Shown: in pieces, positions 7,902-17,946 of the stretch
Layout of the letters: each line of letters begins with the position of its first letter
Numbering within the stretch: position 1 is the stretch's first letter
Assembly: GCA_020053475.1 (NCBI GenBank)
Contig: JAGVNC010000019.1
Span: forward strand, 1 to 56,700
Direction: 5' to 3'
Length of the DNA stretch: 56,700 bases
DNA from: Candidatus Omnitrophota bacterium
Lineage (GTDB): Bacteria; Omnitrophota; Gorgyraeia; Zapsychrales; Zapsychraceae
Made by a program: the position numbers and the translations under genes
Notes under the pieces: model-generated
What the model saw: the letters and a program-made list of their open reading frames with translations, nothing else
Databases searched by the model: none
Told to the model about the DNA's origin: nothing

Positions 7902-9865
7902 TTACTTTAAATAACTTGACCATGGGATTTTCGCAGAGGACATTGTTTAAAGATGTGTCCTTAAGCATTTTTCGTAATGAGAAAATCGGATTGACCGGGC
8001 CAAACGGCGCGGGAAAGACAACATTGTTCTCTATTATTCTGGGTGAAACCGAACCGGTGGCGGGAGAAATCCAAATCCAGAAGAATATCAATGTTGGCTA
8101 CTTGCCACAAGAGTCGATGTTTAGTTCGACACAGACCGTATTGGCCGAGTTGACGGAAGGTGATCAGCGCATCCGTAACCTCATGCAGGAAAAACGTAAA
8201 TTGGAGGACGGCAATAAGGCCGATTCCCCGCGTTACGGGGATGTCTTGCATGAACTTGAGCAATTAGGGATTTATGAATTAGAAAATAAAGCGGAACGCA
8301 TTCTCTCAGGGCTAGGATTTAGCCCTTCTGATTTTCACCAACCGATCAATGAGCTGAGCGGCGGCTGGCGGATGCGGACGTTGCTAGCCAAGCTGTTAAC
8401 GTATTCTTACGATGTTCTTCTTCTCGACGAGCCGACCAACTATTTGGATTTAGCGGCCACATTATGGCTCAAAGAGTTTTTGACCAACTATCAAGGCGCG
8501 TTTGTGTTGATTTCGCACGATCGCGTTTTTTTAAACGAGGTTACCAATTATACGATCATCTTGGAAGGGGCGAAGATGACCAAAATCAAAGGGAATTACG
8601 CCTCCTACGAAGAACAAAAAGGGATTGACATTAAAACACTGGAAAAGAAACACAAAGTCATTGAGAAAAAACGCCAGCAATTGGAAACGTTCGCGCAACG
8701 GTTTCATGCCCAACCGAATCGCGCCTCCGCGGTACGCAACAAACGCAAAATGATCGAGCGTTTAGAGAATATCGAATTGCCGACGGATCATTATAGTATG
8801 ACAGACTTTGAGTTTCCTTTAATTGAGCGCAGCGGGTATGTCGTGGCTCAGGTCGATCAATTGAGCAAGTCTTATGGGGACAAGTCGATCTATCAAAATC
8901 TTGACTATGAAATCACCCGCGGACAAAAAGTTTGTCTCGTTGGGCCCAATGGGGCAGGGAAGTCAACGTTCCTAAAAATGTTAGCCGGAGTGCTTCCCCC
9001 GGACAGCGGTCAAATCAAATATGGGTACAATGTGGATCACGGATATTTTTCTCAAACACGCCTGGAGGTCTTAAATCCCCAACGGACTGCGTTTGATGAG
9101 GTGGTGACCTCCGGCCCTCCCGGGACGCCGGCTCAAAATGTCCGTAGCCTCTTGGGCCTTTTTAATTTTCGGGGAGACGATGTCTTTAAATCAGTCAAAG
9201 TATTGTCCGGGGGAGAAAAGAGCCGGTTGATCTTGGCCAAATTATTAATCAACCCTCCGAATCTGATGCTTCTGGATGAGCCCACAACCCATCTTGATTT
9301 AGACGGTGTCAAAGCGTTAACCCATGCGTTTAAGCAATATGAAGGCACACTCATTTTCATCAGCCACGATCTTTATTTTATTAATGAAATCGCGGATTGC
9401 ATTGTTGAAGTTGATCAAGGGCGGTTAAAAACGTTTTTAGGTGGATTAGGATATTATCTGGAGAAAAAAGGGCAAAAACGGTTAACATCTGGTTCTTGGG
9501 AGCCGTCGGAGGGATCTGATCAACAGCCCGAATCCGGATCTCCGGAAGAGAAGTCCTCTCATAAAAAGAAGGGCGATAAATCTGGGCCCCTAGATCCCAT
9601 CGATTCCTTGCATCATCAGCATAAACAAGCGTTAAAACGGTTGGCAGACATCAAAACACAGATTCAAAATTTGGAGAACGAGAAAAAGGAATTAGAGATG
9701 GAGAATTATGTCAAGGCCAGGCACTTGGGAAAATCATTCGATAAGCGTGATGAGCAGACATTGAAAGATTACGGCCAGCGCTTGAAATGGATTCAACGAA
9801 GATTACGGGAGATCGAAACGACGATTAAACAATTGACCGAAGAAAAAACAAGAATCTCGAAATAA
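7898..9865 (+). CDS. ABC-F family ATPase (two ABC domains, coiled-coil C-terminal extension)
   Basis: Walker A GPNGAGKTT and GPNGAGKST; signatures LSGGWRMR and LSGGEKSR. The start ATG overlaps the upstream stop (ATGA). Confidence 0.85.
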   Translation: MITLNNLTMGFSQRTLFKDVSLSIFRNEKIGLTGPNGAGKTTLFSIILGETEPVAGEIQIQKNINVGYLPQESMFSSTQTVLAELTEGDQRIRNLMQEKRKLEDGNKADSPRYGDVLHELEQLGIYELENKAERILSGLGFSPSDFHQPINELSGGWRMRTLLAKLLTYSYDVLLLDEPTNYLDLAATLWLKEFLTNYQGAFVLISHDRVFLNEVTNYTIILEGAKMTKIKGNYASYEEQKGIDIKTLEKKHKVIEKKRQQLETFAQRFHAQPNRASAVRNKRKMIERLENIELPTDHYSMTDFEFPLIERSGYVVAQVDQLSKSYGDKSIYQNLDYEITRGQKVCLVGPNGAGKSTFLKMLAGVLPPDSGQIKYGYNVDHGYFSQTRLEVLNPQRTAFDEVVTSGPPGTPAQNVRSLLGLFNFRGDDVFKSVKVLSGGEKSRLILAKLLINPPNLMLLDEPTTHLDLDGVKALTHAFKQYEGTLIFISHDLYFINEIADCIVEVDQGRLKTFLGGLGYYLEKKGQKRLTSGSWEPSEGSDQQPESGSPEEKSSHKKKGDKSGPLDPIDSLHHQHKQALKRLADIKTQIQNLENEKKELEMENYVKARHLGKSFDKRDEQTLKDYGQRLKWIQRRLREIETTIKQLTEEKTRISK

Positions 9866-9911
9866 TGCGGCTATCGCTTGAAAATTGATTAAAAAAAATT
9901 ATGATAAAGTT

Positions 9912-10334
9912 ATGAGGAAAATCACGGCTGTCATCTCAAGGATTGGTCTTTTTGTTTTCATTCTCAGTTTGGTTGGCTGTGCCAAGTTAGCACATCTGCA
10001 GGAATTGTTGGCCTTAAAATCTTACTCAGAAGAAGGGAGCCGCAATCAGCAATTCGTTGCAGCGCATAACGCAAAATTTGATGCCTTGGTAAAGGCGATC
10101 GAATCTCAAGACATCAAGAAGTACTCAACGCAAAAATCCATTAAGAAAGCATTCGGCCAGCCCATCTTTGTAGGCCAAAAGCAAGTGGGTGATCAAGAGC
10201 AAGAATTGTGGATGTACCGTTACGCGACCAAATATTTTAATACCTCTAAGGTCTATTTATATTTTGACTCGGCCCACAAATTAGTAACGTGGGAATACAT
10301 TCCTGCGTCAACTCCTGCAAAAGAAAATTCCTAG
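9912..10334 (+). CDS. Putative lipoprotein
   Basis: Signal peptide with lipobox LSLVGC. No recognisable family. Confidence 0.55.
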   Translation: MRKITAVISRIGLFVFILSLVGCAKLAHLQELLALKSYSEEGSRNQQFVAAHNAKFDALVKAIESQDIKKYSTQKSIKKAFGQPIFVGQKQVGDQEQELWMYRYATKYFNTSKVYLYFDSAHKLVTWEYIPASTPAKENS

Positions 10335-10362
10335 GACAACTTAAGAAATCATCGCGGATTGG

Positions 10363-10572
10363 TTAGCGAGAGGAATGAATGGCTTCGGAATTTTCTTTAT
10401 TGTGGCCGTGGAGGCGATATTGGAGCCATAGATTGCCGTATTTATTGATCCAGTCAACGGCAGCGGTGGCGAAACCGATTTCATTCCCCTGTTTTTCACT
10501 TTCGATCCATTTGTGTTTTCTGATTTCTTGAATGGCCAGTTCATCTTTAAGGAAAGAATAGCGGATATTCAT
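10363..10572 (-). CDS. Small conserved-looking hypothetical protein (69 aa)
   Basis: The motif IRKHKWIESEKQGNEIGF..AAVDWINKYG looks like a conserved small-protein family. Convergent with the lipoprotein gene. Confidence 0.45.
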   Translation of the reverse strand: MNIRYSFLKDELAIQEIRKHKWIESEKQGNEIGFATAAVDWINKYGNLWLQYRLHGHNKENSEAIHSSR

Positions 10573-10751
10573 GTGTCGTCTCCTTGTTGTTGTAAAGGAA
10601 AGTCATTATAGCAAATTTGTTATCGCAATCAAGTCTATAAAAATAATTTTTTACCGTCGGGAAACAGGGAAAATGACAAACGAAATAAATAATGCCACAA
10701 ATAGGATCAAACAGCATCAGTGATTGAGGAGGAGAGGACTTTACATCAAAA

Positions 10752-10970
10752 TTGATTCAGAGTATAATTAACCAAACAAACTACAGAGGAGAATCTATGG
10801 ACACAATTTGGGCCGGTTGTTTTTATGGAGATAATTTAGGATTAACAGAAAGCATCATCTATTTTGGGATTAAAGTATTTATCTTAATATGGATTATTTT
10901 TGTCCCGATCGCCATTACTTCGCGTTTAGAAAAAATCATTCAACTGCTTAAAGATAAAAACAAGAGTTAA
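10752..10970 (+). CDS. Possible small membrane protein
   Basis: One clear TM segment (IIYFGIKVFILIWIIFVPIAI). No homology recognised, and the start is uncertain. Confidence 0.25.
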   Translation: MIQSIINQTNYRGESMDTIWAGCFYGDNLGLTESIIYFGIKVFILIWIIFVPIAITSRLEKIIQLLKDKNKS

Positions 10971-11004
10971 TGAGAACTCCTGCTTAGTCAATTAGGGAAG
11001 AGAA

Positions 11005-12210
11005 ATGGTTTCTTTAATCATTCTGATTGTCAGCATTGTTAATGTGGCCCTTTTGTTCTTTTTGATTTCTCGAGAAACGAATCGCGGCCGCGAGCAAGAG
11101 AAAATCGAGAGGTTAATCCGCGAAGAAATGGGGCAGAACCGCCTGGAATCTTCCAAGAATTTGGAAGGCTTGACGCAGCATCTCTTGAAGCTGACCGACA
11201 TGAACGAGCAAAAGCTCGAAAAGATACGTGAAGTCGTTGAATTCCGCCTGAAAACGCTGCAGGAAGATAATAATCGAAAATTGGAACAAATGCGCGAGAC
11301 CGTTGATGAGAAACTGCATTCGACATTAGAGAAACGCCTGGGCGACTCGTTTAAAATAGTGAGCGATCTTTTGGGGAAAGTACATCAAGGATTAGGCGAG
11401 ATGCAGACTCTCGCGTCGGGTGTAGGCGATTTGAAGAAAGTCCTCACCAATGTCAAGACGCGCGGGATTTGGGGGGAAATCCAATTAGGCAATTTATTGG
11501 AGCAAATGTTAACCGCCGATCAATATGAAAAAAACGTCGTGACGAAATTGGGAAGCCGTGACCCTGTTGAATTTGCCATTAAGTTGCCCGGCAAAGACGG
11601 CAGTGTCGTTTATATCCCGATTGACGCCAAATTTCCTAAAGAAGATTACGAGAGGTTATTGGCCGCTCAAGAAGAATGTAATATCGCTGTCATCGAAGAA
11701 GCCGGCAAGGCGATTGAAAGCCGGATCAAGCTGGAAGCGAAGAAAATCCGTGAAAAATATATTGATCCACCGCACACAACGGATTTTGCTTTTCTTTATC
11801 TGCCCATTGAAGGGCTTTATGCGGAAGTCTTGCGCCGGCCCGGCTTATCTGATATCTTGCAGCGCGAATACCGGGTCTCTATTGCCGGCCCTACCACGAT
11901 TTCCGCCATTTTAAATGCGTTGCAAATGGGATTTCGCACACTTGCTGTCGAGAAAAGGGCGGGAGATGTATGGCGTAAGTTAGGCGATGTGAAAAATGAA
12001 TTCGGCAAATTTGGCGAAATCCTGCAGAAAACAAAAGAAAAACTCGATTCCGCCAGTAAGAGCATCGACTTGGCTGCCAGTAAATCACGCACCATTGAGC
12101 GTAAATTAAAGGACGTTCAAGACCTTCCTTCGCCGGCGGATCAAATCAATTTAATCGAAGAGCAACCAACTGATCCTTCCCGATCCATCCAAGACGATGT
12201 CCCTGTTTAA
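11005..12210 (+). CDS. rmuC: DNA recombination protein RmuC
   Basis: N-terminal TM segment plus a long coiled coil, then VKTRGIWGEIQLGNLLEQ...AIKLP...IPIDAKFP and FAFLYLPIEGLY. Confidence 0.85.
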   Translation: MVSLIILIVSIVNVALLFFLISRETNRGREQEKIERLIREEMGQNRLESSKNLEGLTQHLLKLTDMNEQKLEKIREVVEFRLKTLQEDNNRKLEQMRETVDEKLHSTLEKRLGDSFKIVSDLLGKVHQGLGEMQTLASGVGDLKKVLTNVKTRGIWGEIQLGNLLEQMLTADQYEKNVVTKLGSRDPVEFAIKLPGKDGSVVYIPIDAKFPKEDYERLLAAQEECNIAVIEEAGKAIESRIKLEAKKIREKYIDPPHTTDFAFLYLPIEGLYAEVLRRPGLSDILQREYRVSIAGPTTISAILNALQMGFRTLAVEKRAGDVWRKLGDVKNEFGKFGEILQKTKEKLDSASKSIDLAASKSRTIERKLKDVQDLPSPADQINLIEEQPTDPSRSIQDDVPV

Positions 12211-12898
12211 CAATTTTTTCTCTCCGGGAGTGGTTACATTTGTTAGTGATCGGACCATGGATTTTTCTCTGCGAAATGGAGAATCATGGCCGACACTCCG
12301 GCACGAACACTATTTAAAAACGCAGCTGGGATTTTCCTTGCCAACAACCGTTGGGTTGCAGCAGGTCCATGGCAATAAAATCGTCACGGCTTTATTGAGC
12401 GATATCCAGAAGACTTCGCCTCGCGAAGCTGATGGTCTTGTGACGAATGAACCTCGCCTGGCATTAGCGATTCGCACGGCGGATTGTTTGCCGATTTTTA
12501 TGCATGATCCCAAACATCATTGTATCGGGCTGGTGCATGCGGGTTGGAAAGGCAGTCAACAACAGATTGTGGCCCAAGCGATTCAAACATTGCAAACTTC
12601 GTTTGGGGCCGATCCACAGGATTTGCGTGTCGCTATCGGTCCGGCCATCCGAGGGTGTTGTTATGAAGTTGGCCCTGAATTCCGCGGCCATTTCCCTCAA
12701 GACGTTGTCGAAAGAAAATCATCGTTATTTCTCGATCTAATTTCTGCGAATAAACGCCAGTTGATGCAGCAAGGCGTTCTGGCGGATAATATTTTTGATT
12801 GTGAGCAGTGCACGTGTTGCCAGGGTAAATACTTTTCTTACCGCCGGGAAAAGGAAAAGGCGGGGCGAATGATTTCATTAATCATGCTCAAGGAGTAA
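12197..12898 (+). CDS. pgeF: Peptidoglycan editing factor PgeF (YfiH/DUF152 laccase-domain protein)
   Basis: Contains QVHG, ADCLPIF, VHAGWKG and CCYEVG motifs. Confidence 0.85.
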   Translation: MSLFNNFFSPGVVTFVSDRTMDFSLRNGESWPTLRHEHYLKTQLGFSLPTTVGLQQVHGNKIVTALLSDIQKTSPREADGLVTNEPRLALAIRTADCLPIFMHDPKHHCIGLVHAGWKGSQQQIVAQAIQTLQTSFGADPQDLRVAIGPAIRGCCYEVGPEFRGHFPQDVVERKSSLFLDLISANKRQLMQQGVLADNIFDCEQCTCCQGKYFSYRREKEKAGRMISLIMLKE

Positions 12899-12903
12899 CG
12901 ATT

Positions 12904-13221
12904 ATGTATATTGTCGTGTTGATTACCGCGAAGAACGTGAAAGAAGCCCAAACAATTGGCCAGGGGCTGGTCAACAGCCGATTGGCGGCTTGTGTGAACA
13001 TTGTGAAGAATGTTCAGTCGATTTTTTCGTGGCAGGGGAAAATCGATCAAGCGCAAGAAGCGCTTTTGATCGTTAAATCAACAAAAAGTCAATTCAGCAA
13101 GATTGTAAAGAAAGTTCATGCCTTGCATAGTTATACGGTTCCTGAAATTATTGCGTTGCCGATTGTGGCGGGAAGTAAGAATTATTTACAATGGATCGAT
13201 GAGGCCGTGAAGGATCATTAA
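12904..13221 (+). CDS. cutA: Divalent-cation tolerance protein CutA
   Basis: 105 aa; LAACVNI...SIFSWQGKI...E..LIVKS..HSYTVPEIIALP. Confidence 0.85.
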   Translation: MYIVVLITAKNVKEAQTIGQGLVNSRLAACVNIVKNVQSIFSWQGKIDQAQEALLIVKSTKSQFSKIVKKVHALHSYTVPEIIALPIVAGSKNYLQWIDEAVKDH

Positions 13222-14699
13222 CGCGCTTGTTTTTCGCGCAGGTTGGTGATATTGTCGATGAGATTGGCTTGAAGACGAAGTTGCGTGACAAAATTTCCAA
13301 ATGTTTCCGTGCGGCGCTGGTTGTAAAGTTGTTGGGCAATCCCTTTTTTCTCCGCTTCATACTGCTCTTTGTCCGGCGGGACATATTGATCTAAATGCAG
13401 AATACTGAATCCCTTCGCTACTTCAACGACATCGCTCAACGAATTTTGTTCATTGAGGCGGAAGGCCGCTTCCTCAAAATCTTTCGAGACCCCAATCTTC
13501 GGTAAATACTGCCCCCGTGTGAACACAGGTGTCTGAAAGACCTCCAGTTTTAAATCTTGAGCGATTTGAGAAAAATTGTTTTGCCCTTGGCTCAATGACT
13601 CTTTGATCGTCTGTAAATATTTTGCCGATTGCTCATGGGCCAGTTTTTTGGCTTCTTGATTCATCAAGGCTTCCTTGACTTTGTCTTGGACTTTGGCAAA
13701 TTCGGGGACAACCGCCTCCTGATGATCTTTCACTTTGACAATCACAATGCCTTGAGGGTATTCTAACGGCTGGCTGATTTCGTTAGGTTGTAGCTGAAAA
13801 ATGGTATTAAAGATGTCGTAAGACCACCCCAGAGAGAGATCGGGGGCTTCCATGCTAAAGAAATCACTGATTTCGACGGTTAATCCTTGTTCCGCAGCGA
13901 TGGCTGCCATGTTGGGATTAACTAACAATTGATCGAAAACTTTTTGGGCTTGATCTTTCAGGGCATCTTTGGCTGCGTCATCCGCCTGTTCAGGAAAACG
14001 AAAGGCGATAGACTCGACATTGATGGAAGGGGGAGCAAGGAATTCTTGGGTGTGCTCTTGATAATAACGGGACATCTGGGCTTCGTCCGGAACAACATCC
14101 TTCTTCAATGGATCAGGATTAATAAAGACATAGCTGGCCTGCACTTTTTCATTTTGTTTGCGGAAGGCTTCCCAGATTTCCTCATCCGTAATGGAGACGG
14201 ATGTTGTCACCTGGTCCAGAAGCTTTTGGATTTTTAGGTTGTCACGGATGCTTTCTTCAAAAGAGCGGGGCGTGACCGTGAAGACGTAGCGCAGGACATC
14301 ATTATAGAGAAGCTGATCGAATTGTCCGTCACGATGGAAAAACGGATAATTCCGGACCGCGTCAACGACTTCTTTGTCCGTGGCGGTGATTTTTCGTTTT
14401 TCGGCCTCATGAAGAAGAATCAGCCGTGTCCAGGCTTCGTTATCAAAATCCAATAGATCTTTGATTTGATTAAACTGATCGCCATAATGCAAAATCAATT
14501 GAATGCGGGCATGGTTAAATGTTTTTTCAAACTGGTCGAATGTGACGTTGCGGCCATAAATTTTCCCCGCATATTGGGATCGGTTGAGGCCCGTTAAGAG
14601 ATAGGCCGTCCCCATAAACCCAAACGAAATAATAATGACGACGGTGATCGTCCAGAGGACTTTGATTTTAAGATCTTTATGGCGAAGTTGTTTAAGCAT
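13218..14699 (-). CDS. ppiD: Periplasmic chaperone PpiD-like (SurA-N + degenerate parvulin domain)
   Basis: N-terminal TM anchor, long helical chaperone region and a C-terminal parvulin-like block (VVEVAKGFSILHL). Its stop overlaps the cutA stop by 4 nt (convergent). Confidence 0.7.
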   Translation of the reverse strand: MLKQLRHKDLKIKVLWTITVVIIISFGFMGTAYLLTGLNRSQYAGKIYGRNVTFDQFEKTFNHARIQLILHYGDQFNQIKDLLDFDNEAWTRLILLHEAEKRKITATDKEVVDAVRNYPFFHRDGQFDQLLYNDVLRYVFTVTPRSFEESIRDNLKIQKLLDQVTTSVSITDEEIWEAFRKQNEKVQASYVFINPDPLKKDVVPDEAQMSRYYQEHTQEFLAPPSINVESIAFRFPEQADDAAKDALKDQAQKVFDQLLVNPNMAAIAAEQGLTVEISDFFSMEAPDLSLGWSYDIFNTIFQLQPNEISQPLEYPQGIVIVKVKDHQEAVVPEFAKVQDKVKEALMNQEAKKLAHEQSAKYLQTIKESLSQGQNNFSQIAQDLKLEVFQTPVFTRGQYLPKIGVSKDFEEAAFRLNEQNSLSDVVEVAKGFSILHLDQYVPPDKEQYEAEKKGIAQQLYNQRRTETFGNFVTQLRLQANLIDNITNLREKQAR

Positions 14700-14845
14700 C
14701 TTTTTCCCTGAGCGATTTTAGGAAGCTGATTATATCTGTGAAAAATCCCTTTGACAAGGGGATTTTCGATTCCGTCAAAATGCCTCTAGGCTTGATAAGT
14801 GGCGAGGAACGTACTATACTCATTCATGCTACCTGAGGAAAAAGC

Positions 14846-14874
14846 TTTACAATAAAAATCGGACTCATTATAAT
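14846..14874 (+). promoter_or_regulatory. Sigma70-type promoter candidate for hisG
   Basis: TTTACA, a 17-nt spacer, then TATAAT, about 50 nt upstream of the hisG ATG. Confidence 0.5.
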
Positions 14875-14925
14875 AATTTTTCCTATTAAGAGTATTTATG
14901 CATACCCACTGACGAAGGATGGCGC

Positions 14926-15804
14926 ATGTCCCAAAAAATTAAATTAGGATTACCCAAAGGAAGTTTACAAGAAGCCACGATTAAAATCTTTGAGCGGGCC
15001 GGTTATAAGATTTATGTCTCGGGGCGTTCTTACTTTCCAACGATCGATGACGAAGAAATTTCGCCTGTTTTGTTAAGAGCTCAAGAGATATCGCGGTATG
15101 TCGAGGAAGAAGCGTTGGATTGCGGCATCACCGGCGCCGACTGGATTTTAGAGAATGGCTCGGACGTCATTTCCCTGGCCGAACTTGTGTATGCCAAGCA
15201 GAGCTCGGTGAAGGTGCGTTGGGTCCTGGCTGTCCCGGAGGATTCCGATATTAAATCCGTCAAGGATTTGCAAGGCAAGCGCATCGCGACCGAAGTCGTC
15301 AACGTGACAAAAAAATTCTTAAAGAAACATAAAGTTAAGGCCCTTGTTGAATTCAGTTGGGGAGCGACGGAAGCCAAAGTCGCTGACGGATTAGTGGATG
15401 CTGTCGTTGAGCTGACCGAGACGGGCAGTAGCTTGCGCGCCCATAAACTGCGGATCATCGACACGATTTGTGAATCAACCACCCAATTCATCTCCAATAA
15501 AAAAGCCGTTAAGGATCCCTGGAAAATCAAGAAAATGGAGCATTTGGTCATGTTATTACAAGGAGCTATTGCGGCCAATAATATGGTTGGGTTGAAAATG
15601 AATGTGCCTGAGAAGAATTTGAAGAAAATCTTGGAAATTTTGCCTTCGCTCCAGAATCCGACGATTTCGACATTAAGCGATCAACGTTGGGTTGCGGTGG
15701 AAACGGTGATTGACGAAGGGACCGTTCGTTCGCTCATCCCGAAATTGAAAGAATCCGGGGCGAGCGGGATTATTGAATATCCGTTAAATAAAATCATTCA
15801 TTAA
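14926..15804 (+). CDS. hisG: ATP phosphoribosyltransferase (long form)
   Basis: Contains [10 protein letters not shown]...F.RAGY, LLRAQEI..YV and [16 protein letters not shown]. At 292 aa it is long enough to include a C-terminal regulatory domain. Confidence 0.9.
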   Translation: MSQKIKLGLPKGSLQEATIKIFERAGYKIYVSGRSYFPTIDDEEISPVLLRAQEISRYVEEEALDCGITGADWILENGSDVISLAELVYAKQSSVKVRWVLAVPEDSDIKSVKDLQGKRIATEVVNVTKKFLKKHKVKALVEFSWGATEAKVADGLVDAVVELTETGSSLRAHKLRIIDTICESTTQFISNKKAVKDPWKIKKMEHLVMLLQGAIAANNMVGLKMNVPEKNLKKILEILPSLQNPTISTLSDQRWVAVETVIDEGTVRSLIPKLKESGASGIIEYPLNKIIH

Positions 15805-15819
15805 CAAGGGAGTTATTTT

Positions 15820-15921
15820 ATGCCGTGCGGCAGAAAACGCAAACGACGTAAAATCAGGACACACAAAAGAAAAAAGATGAGAAAAGCATTACGTCATCTT
15901 AAGAAACGCGCGACAGCTTAA
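15820..15921 (+). CDS. 33-aa highly basic protein, AURKAIP1/COX24-like (bS22-like) candidate
   Basis: Hand translation gives MPCGRKRKRRKIRTHKRKKMRKALRHLKKRATA*, and an SD (AAGGGAG) lies 8 nt upstream. The pattern KRRKI.THKRKK...A.RH.KK matches the small basic ribosome-associated protein family. Not in the ORF track (<60 aa). Confidence 0.6.
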   Translation: MPCGRKRKRRKIRTHKRKKMRKALRHLKKRATA

Positions 15922-15952
15922 CCTTCGTTTAACTGATTTCCTGAGGTGAACG

Positions 15953-16978
15953 ATGCATCAATCATGGGGATTTAACAGATTCCGTATTTGGGGATTGTGT
16001 TTATTTTTTGTGTTCATCATGACATGGAAGGCGGAAGCCTTTGCCCAGCAAGACAGGATTTCCACGTCCAAGAGCTTGGCCCACTATATCATGGGACAAG
16101 TGTATGACTTGTTAGGTTTGACGAATCAGGCCATCATGGAATATGAAAAGGCGATCGAATCCGACCAGGGAAGTTATTTGTTGCATTTACGCCTGGGGGC
16201 CAATTATGCCCGCGTGGGGTTGCTGCCTGAAGCGGTCAATGAATTAGCCATCGTCACCAAATTAAACCCCGAAGACCTGCAATCGCATTACCTGTTGGCC
16301 TTGATTTACTCCACCCAAAAAGATTACGCCAAGGCCGCCGAAGAATACGAATTGATCTTAAAATCGTTTTCAAAGATTGAACCGCAGAATATCGAAATTT
16401 ACGGATATTTAGGGCAACTGTATTATTCGCAGAAGAAATATCATCAAGCGATCGAACAATTTGAGAAAATTTTGACAATCGAATCGCAGAATGCCGATGT
16501 CATGTATTTGTTGGCTTCCCTTTATTTGGAAGTCGATAATAAAAATAAAGCGATTGAACTTTTGCAACAATCGTTGAAGGCCGATCCCCAACACGACGGC
16601 AGCCTCAATACCCTTGCCTATGTTTATGCGGAAAATAATGAAAAACTCGACGAGGCATTAAATTTAATTACCCAAGCCTTAACGATCAGCCCTGACAATG
16701 GTGCTTATTTAGACAGCTTAGGATGGGTGTATTATAAAAAAGGCATGTTTGAACAAGCGTTGGAATCGCTGGAAAAAGCCAACAGTCTTTTAAAAGATCC
16801 CGTCATTTTTGATCATCTCGGAGATGTTTATTTGGCCCTCAACCGTGCGGAAGAAGCGTTGAAACATTGGCAGCTTTCCTTGGATCTCGATCCAGGGCAA
16901 GAAGAGGTCAAGCAGAAGATCAATAATCTCCAAAGCAGCCGCGCGAGCAATGCGACCAACAATCCTAGTAATCCGTAA
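15953..16978 (+). CDS. Secreted TPR-repeat protein
   Basis: Signal peptide (ends AEAFAQ) followed by about 7 TPR units (A..Y.KAI..DP...A...LG.). Confidence 0.75.
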   Translation: MHQSWGFNRFRIWGLCLFFVFIMTWKAEAFAQQDRISTSKSLAHYIMGQVYDLLGLTNQAIMEYEKAIESDQGSYLLHLRLGANYARVGLLPEAVNELAIVTKLNPEDLQSHYLLALIYSTQKDYAKAAEEYELILKSFSKIEPQNIEIYGYLGQLYYSQKKYHQAIEQFEKILTIESQNADVMYLLASLYLEVDNKNKAIELLQQSLKADPQHDGSLNTLAYVYAENNEKLDEALNLITQALTISPDNGAYLDSLGWVYYKKGMFEQALESLEKANSLLKDPVIFDHLGDVYLALNRAEEALKHWQLSLDLDPGQEEVKQKINNLQSSRASNATNNPSNP

Positions 16979-16981
16979 GGT

Positions 16982-17863
16982 TTGTCTCCTATGATGGTCC
17001 TCCAATCTCCTGCCAAGCTCAACCTTTATCTTCGTATTGTTGGGAAAAGAGCGGATGGGTACCACGAATTGGTCACCCTTTTCGAACGTATTGATCTGTG
17101 TGATGAGATTCGTCTAAAACCGTTAAAAGATGGCTCAATCCGGATTCGCTGTTCGCATCCCGATGTCCCTTGCAATTCCCAGAATATTGCTTATCAAGCC
17201 GCCCAATTGCTTAAAAAAGGTCTTAATGTCCCTTCAGGGGTTGAAATCACGATCCGCAAACGGATTCCTGTGGCAGCCGGCTTAGGAGGTGGCTCAAGCA
17301 ATGCCGCAACGGTCCTCAAAGGCCTTAATCAGTTATGGAAATTAAAGTTAAATGTTCCCCAATTGGTGGATTATGCGCGGCAAATCGGTAGCGATGTGCC
17401 GTTCTTTTTATATGACACTTCTTATGCATTAGGAACGTGCCGAGGGGACAAAATTACGAAGGTTTCATTAAGGGCGAAATTATGGCATGTGCTTGTCGTT
17501 CCTCGAGTTAAAATGCTAACAAAGATGGTCTACGGCGAGGTCAAGGCCCCCTTGACCGAGGTCAAATTGTCGTTGACAAAAAAGAACGATAATGTTAATA
17601 TCCTAATCCATCATTTAAGAAATAATGATATAAAAGCGGTGGGTGGAGCTTTTCGCAACGATTTAGAGCCGGCGATTTATCAGCTTAACCCGCGGCTTAA
17701 AGATTTGAAAGAGAAGCTAAAGTTATTTGATATCCAAGGGGTTGCGATTTCTGGGAGCGGTCCAAGCATCTTTGCCTTAACAAAGACATCCTCAGAAGCT
17801 TTAAGAATCAAAAAGCTTCTGACCCAGCATTTTAAACAAGTCTTTGTTGTCCAGACGTACTAG
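16982..17863 (+). CDS. ispE: 4-diphosphocytidyl-2-C-methyl-D-erythritol kinase
   Basis: Contains PAKLNLYLRIVGKRADGYHEL and the GHMP motif PVAAGLGGGSSNAA. Confidence 0.9.
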   Translation: MSPMMVLQSPAKLNLYLRIVGKRADGYHELVTLFERIDLCDEIRLKPLKDGSIRIRCSHPDVPCNSQNIAYQAAQLLKKGLNVPSGVEITIRKRIPVAAGLGGGSSNAATVLKGLNQLWKLKLNVPQLVDYARQIGSDVPFFLYDTSYALGTCRGDKITKVSLRAKLWHVLVVPRVKMLTKMVYGEVKAPLTEVKLSLTKKNDNVNILIHHLRNNDIKAVGGAFRNDLEPAIYQLNPRLKDLKEKLKLFDIQGVAISGSGPSIFALTKTSSEALRIKKLLTQHFKQVFVVQTY

Positions 17864-17946
17864 AGGAAGACTAGATAGTAGCGCGAGAGGGTCATTGATG
17901 CCTTCAAGTGCGGTCAGGAAAAGTCTTCCCGAGGGGCAAAGAGGAG

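Noticed and set aside
13218-13221. 4-nt convergent overlap of the cutA and ppiD stop codons with no terminator between them
   Set aside because: It is real in the sequence but is a common outcome of compact genomes, and no further signal was found.
14898-14912. Mini-ORF ATG CAT ACC CAC TGA (MHTH*) just upstream of hisG as a His-attenuator leader peptide
   Set aside because: It has only two His codons in a 4-codon ORF, no alternative terminator/antiterminator hairpins are evident, and it could easily arise by chance.
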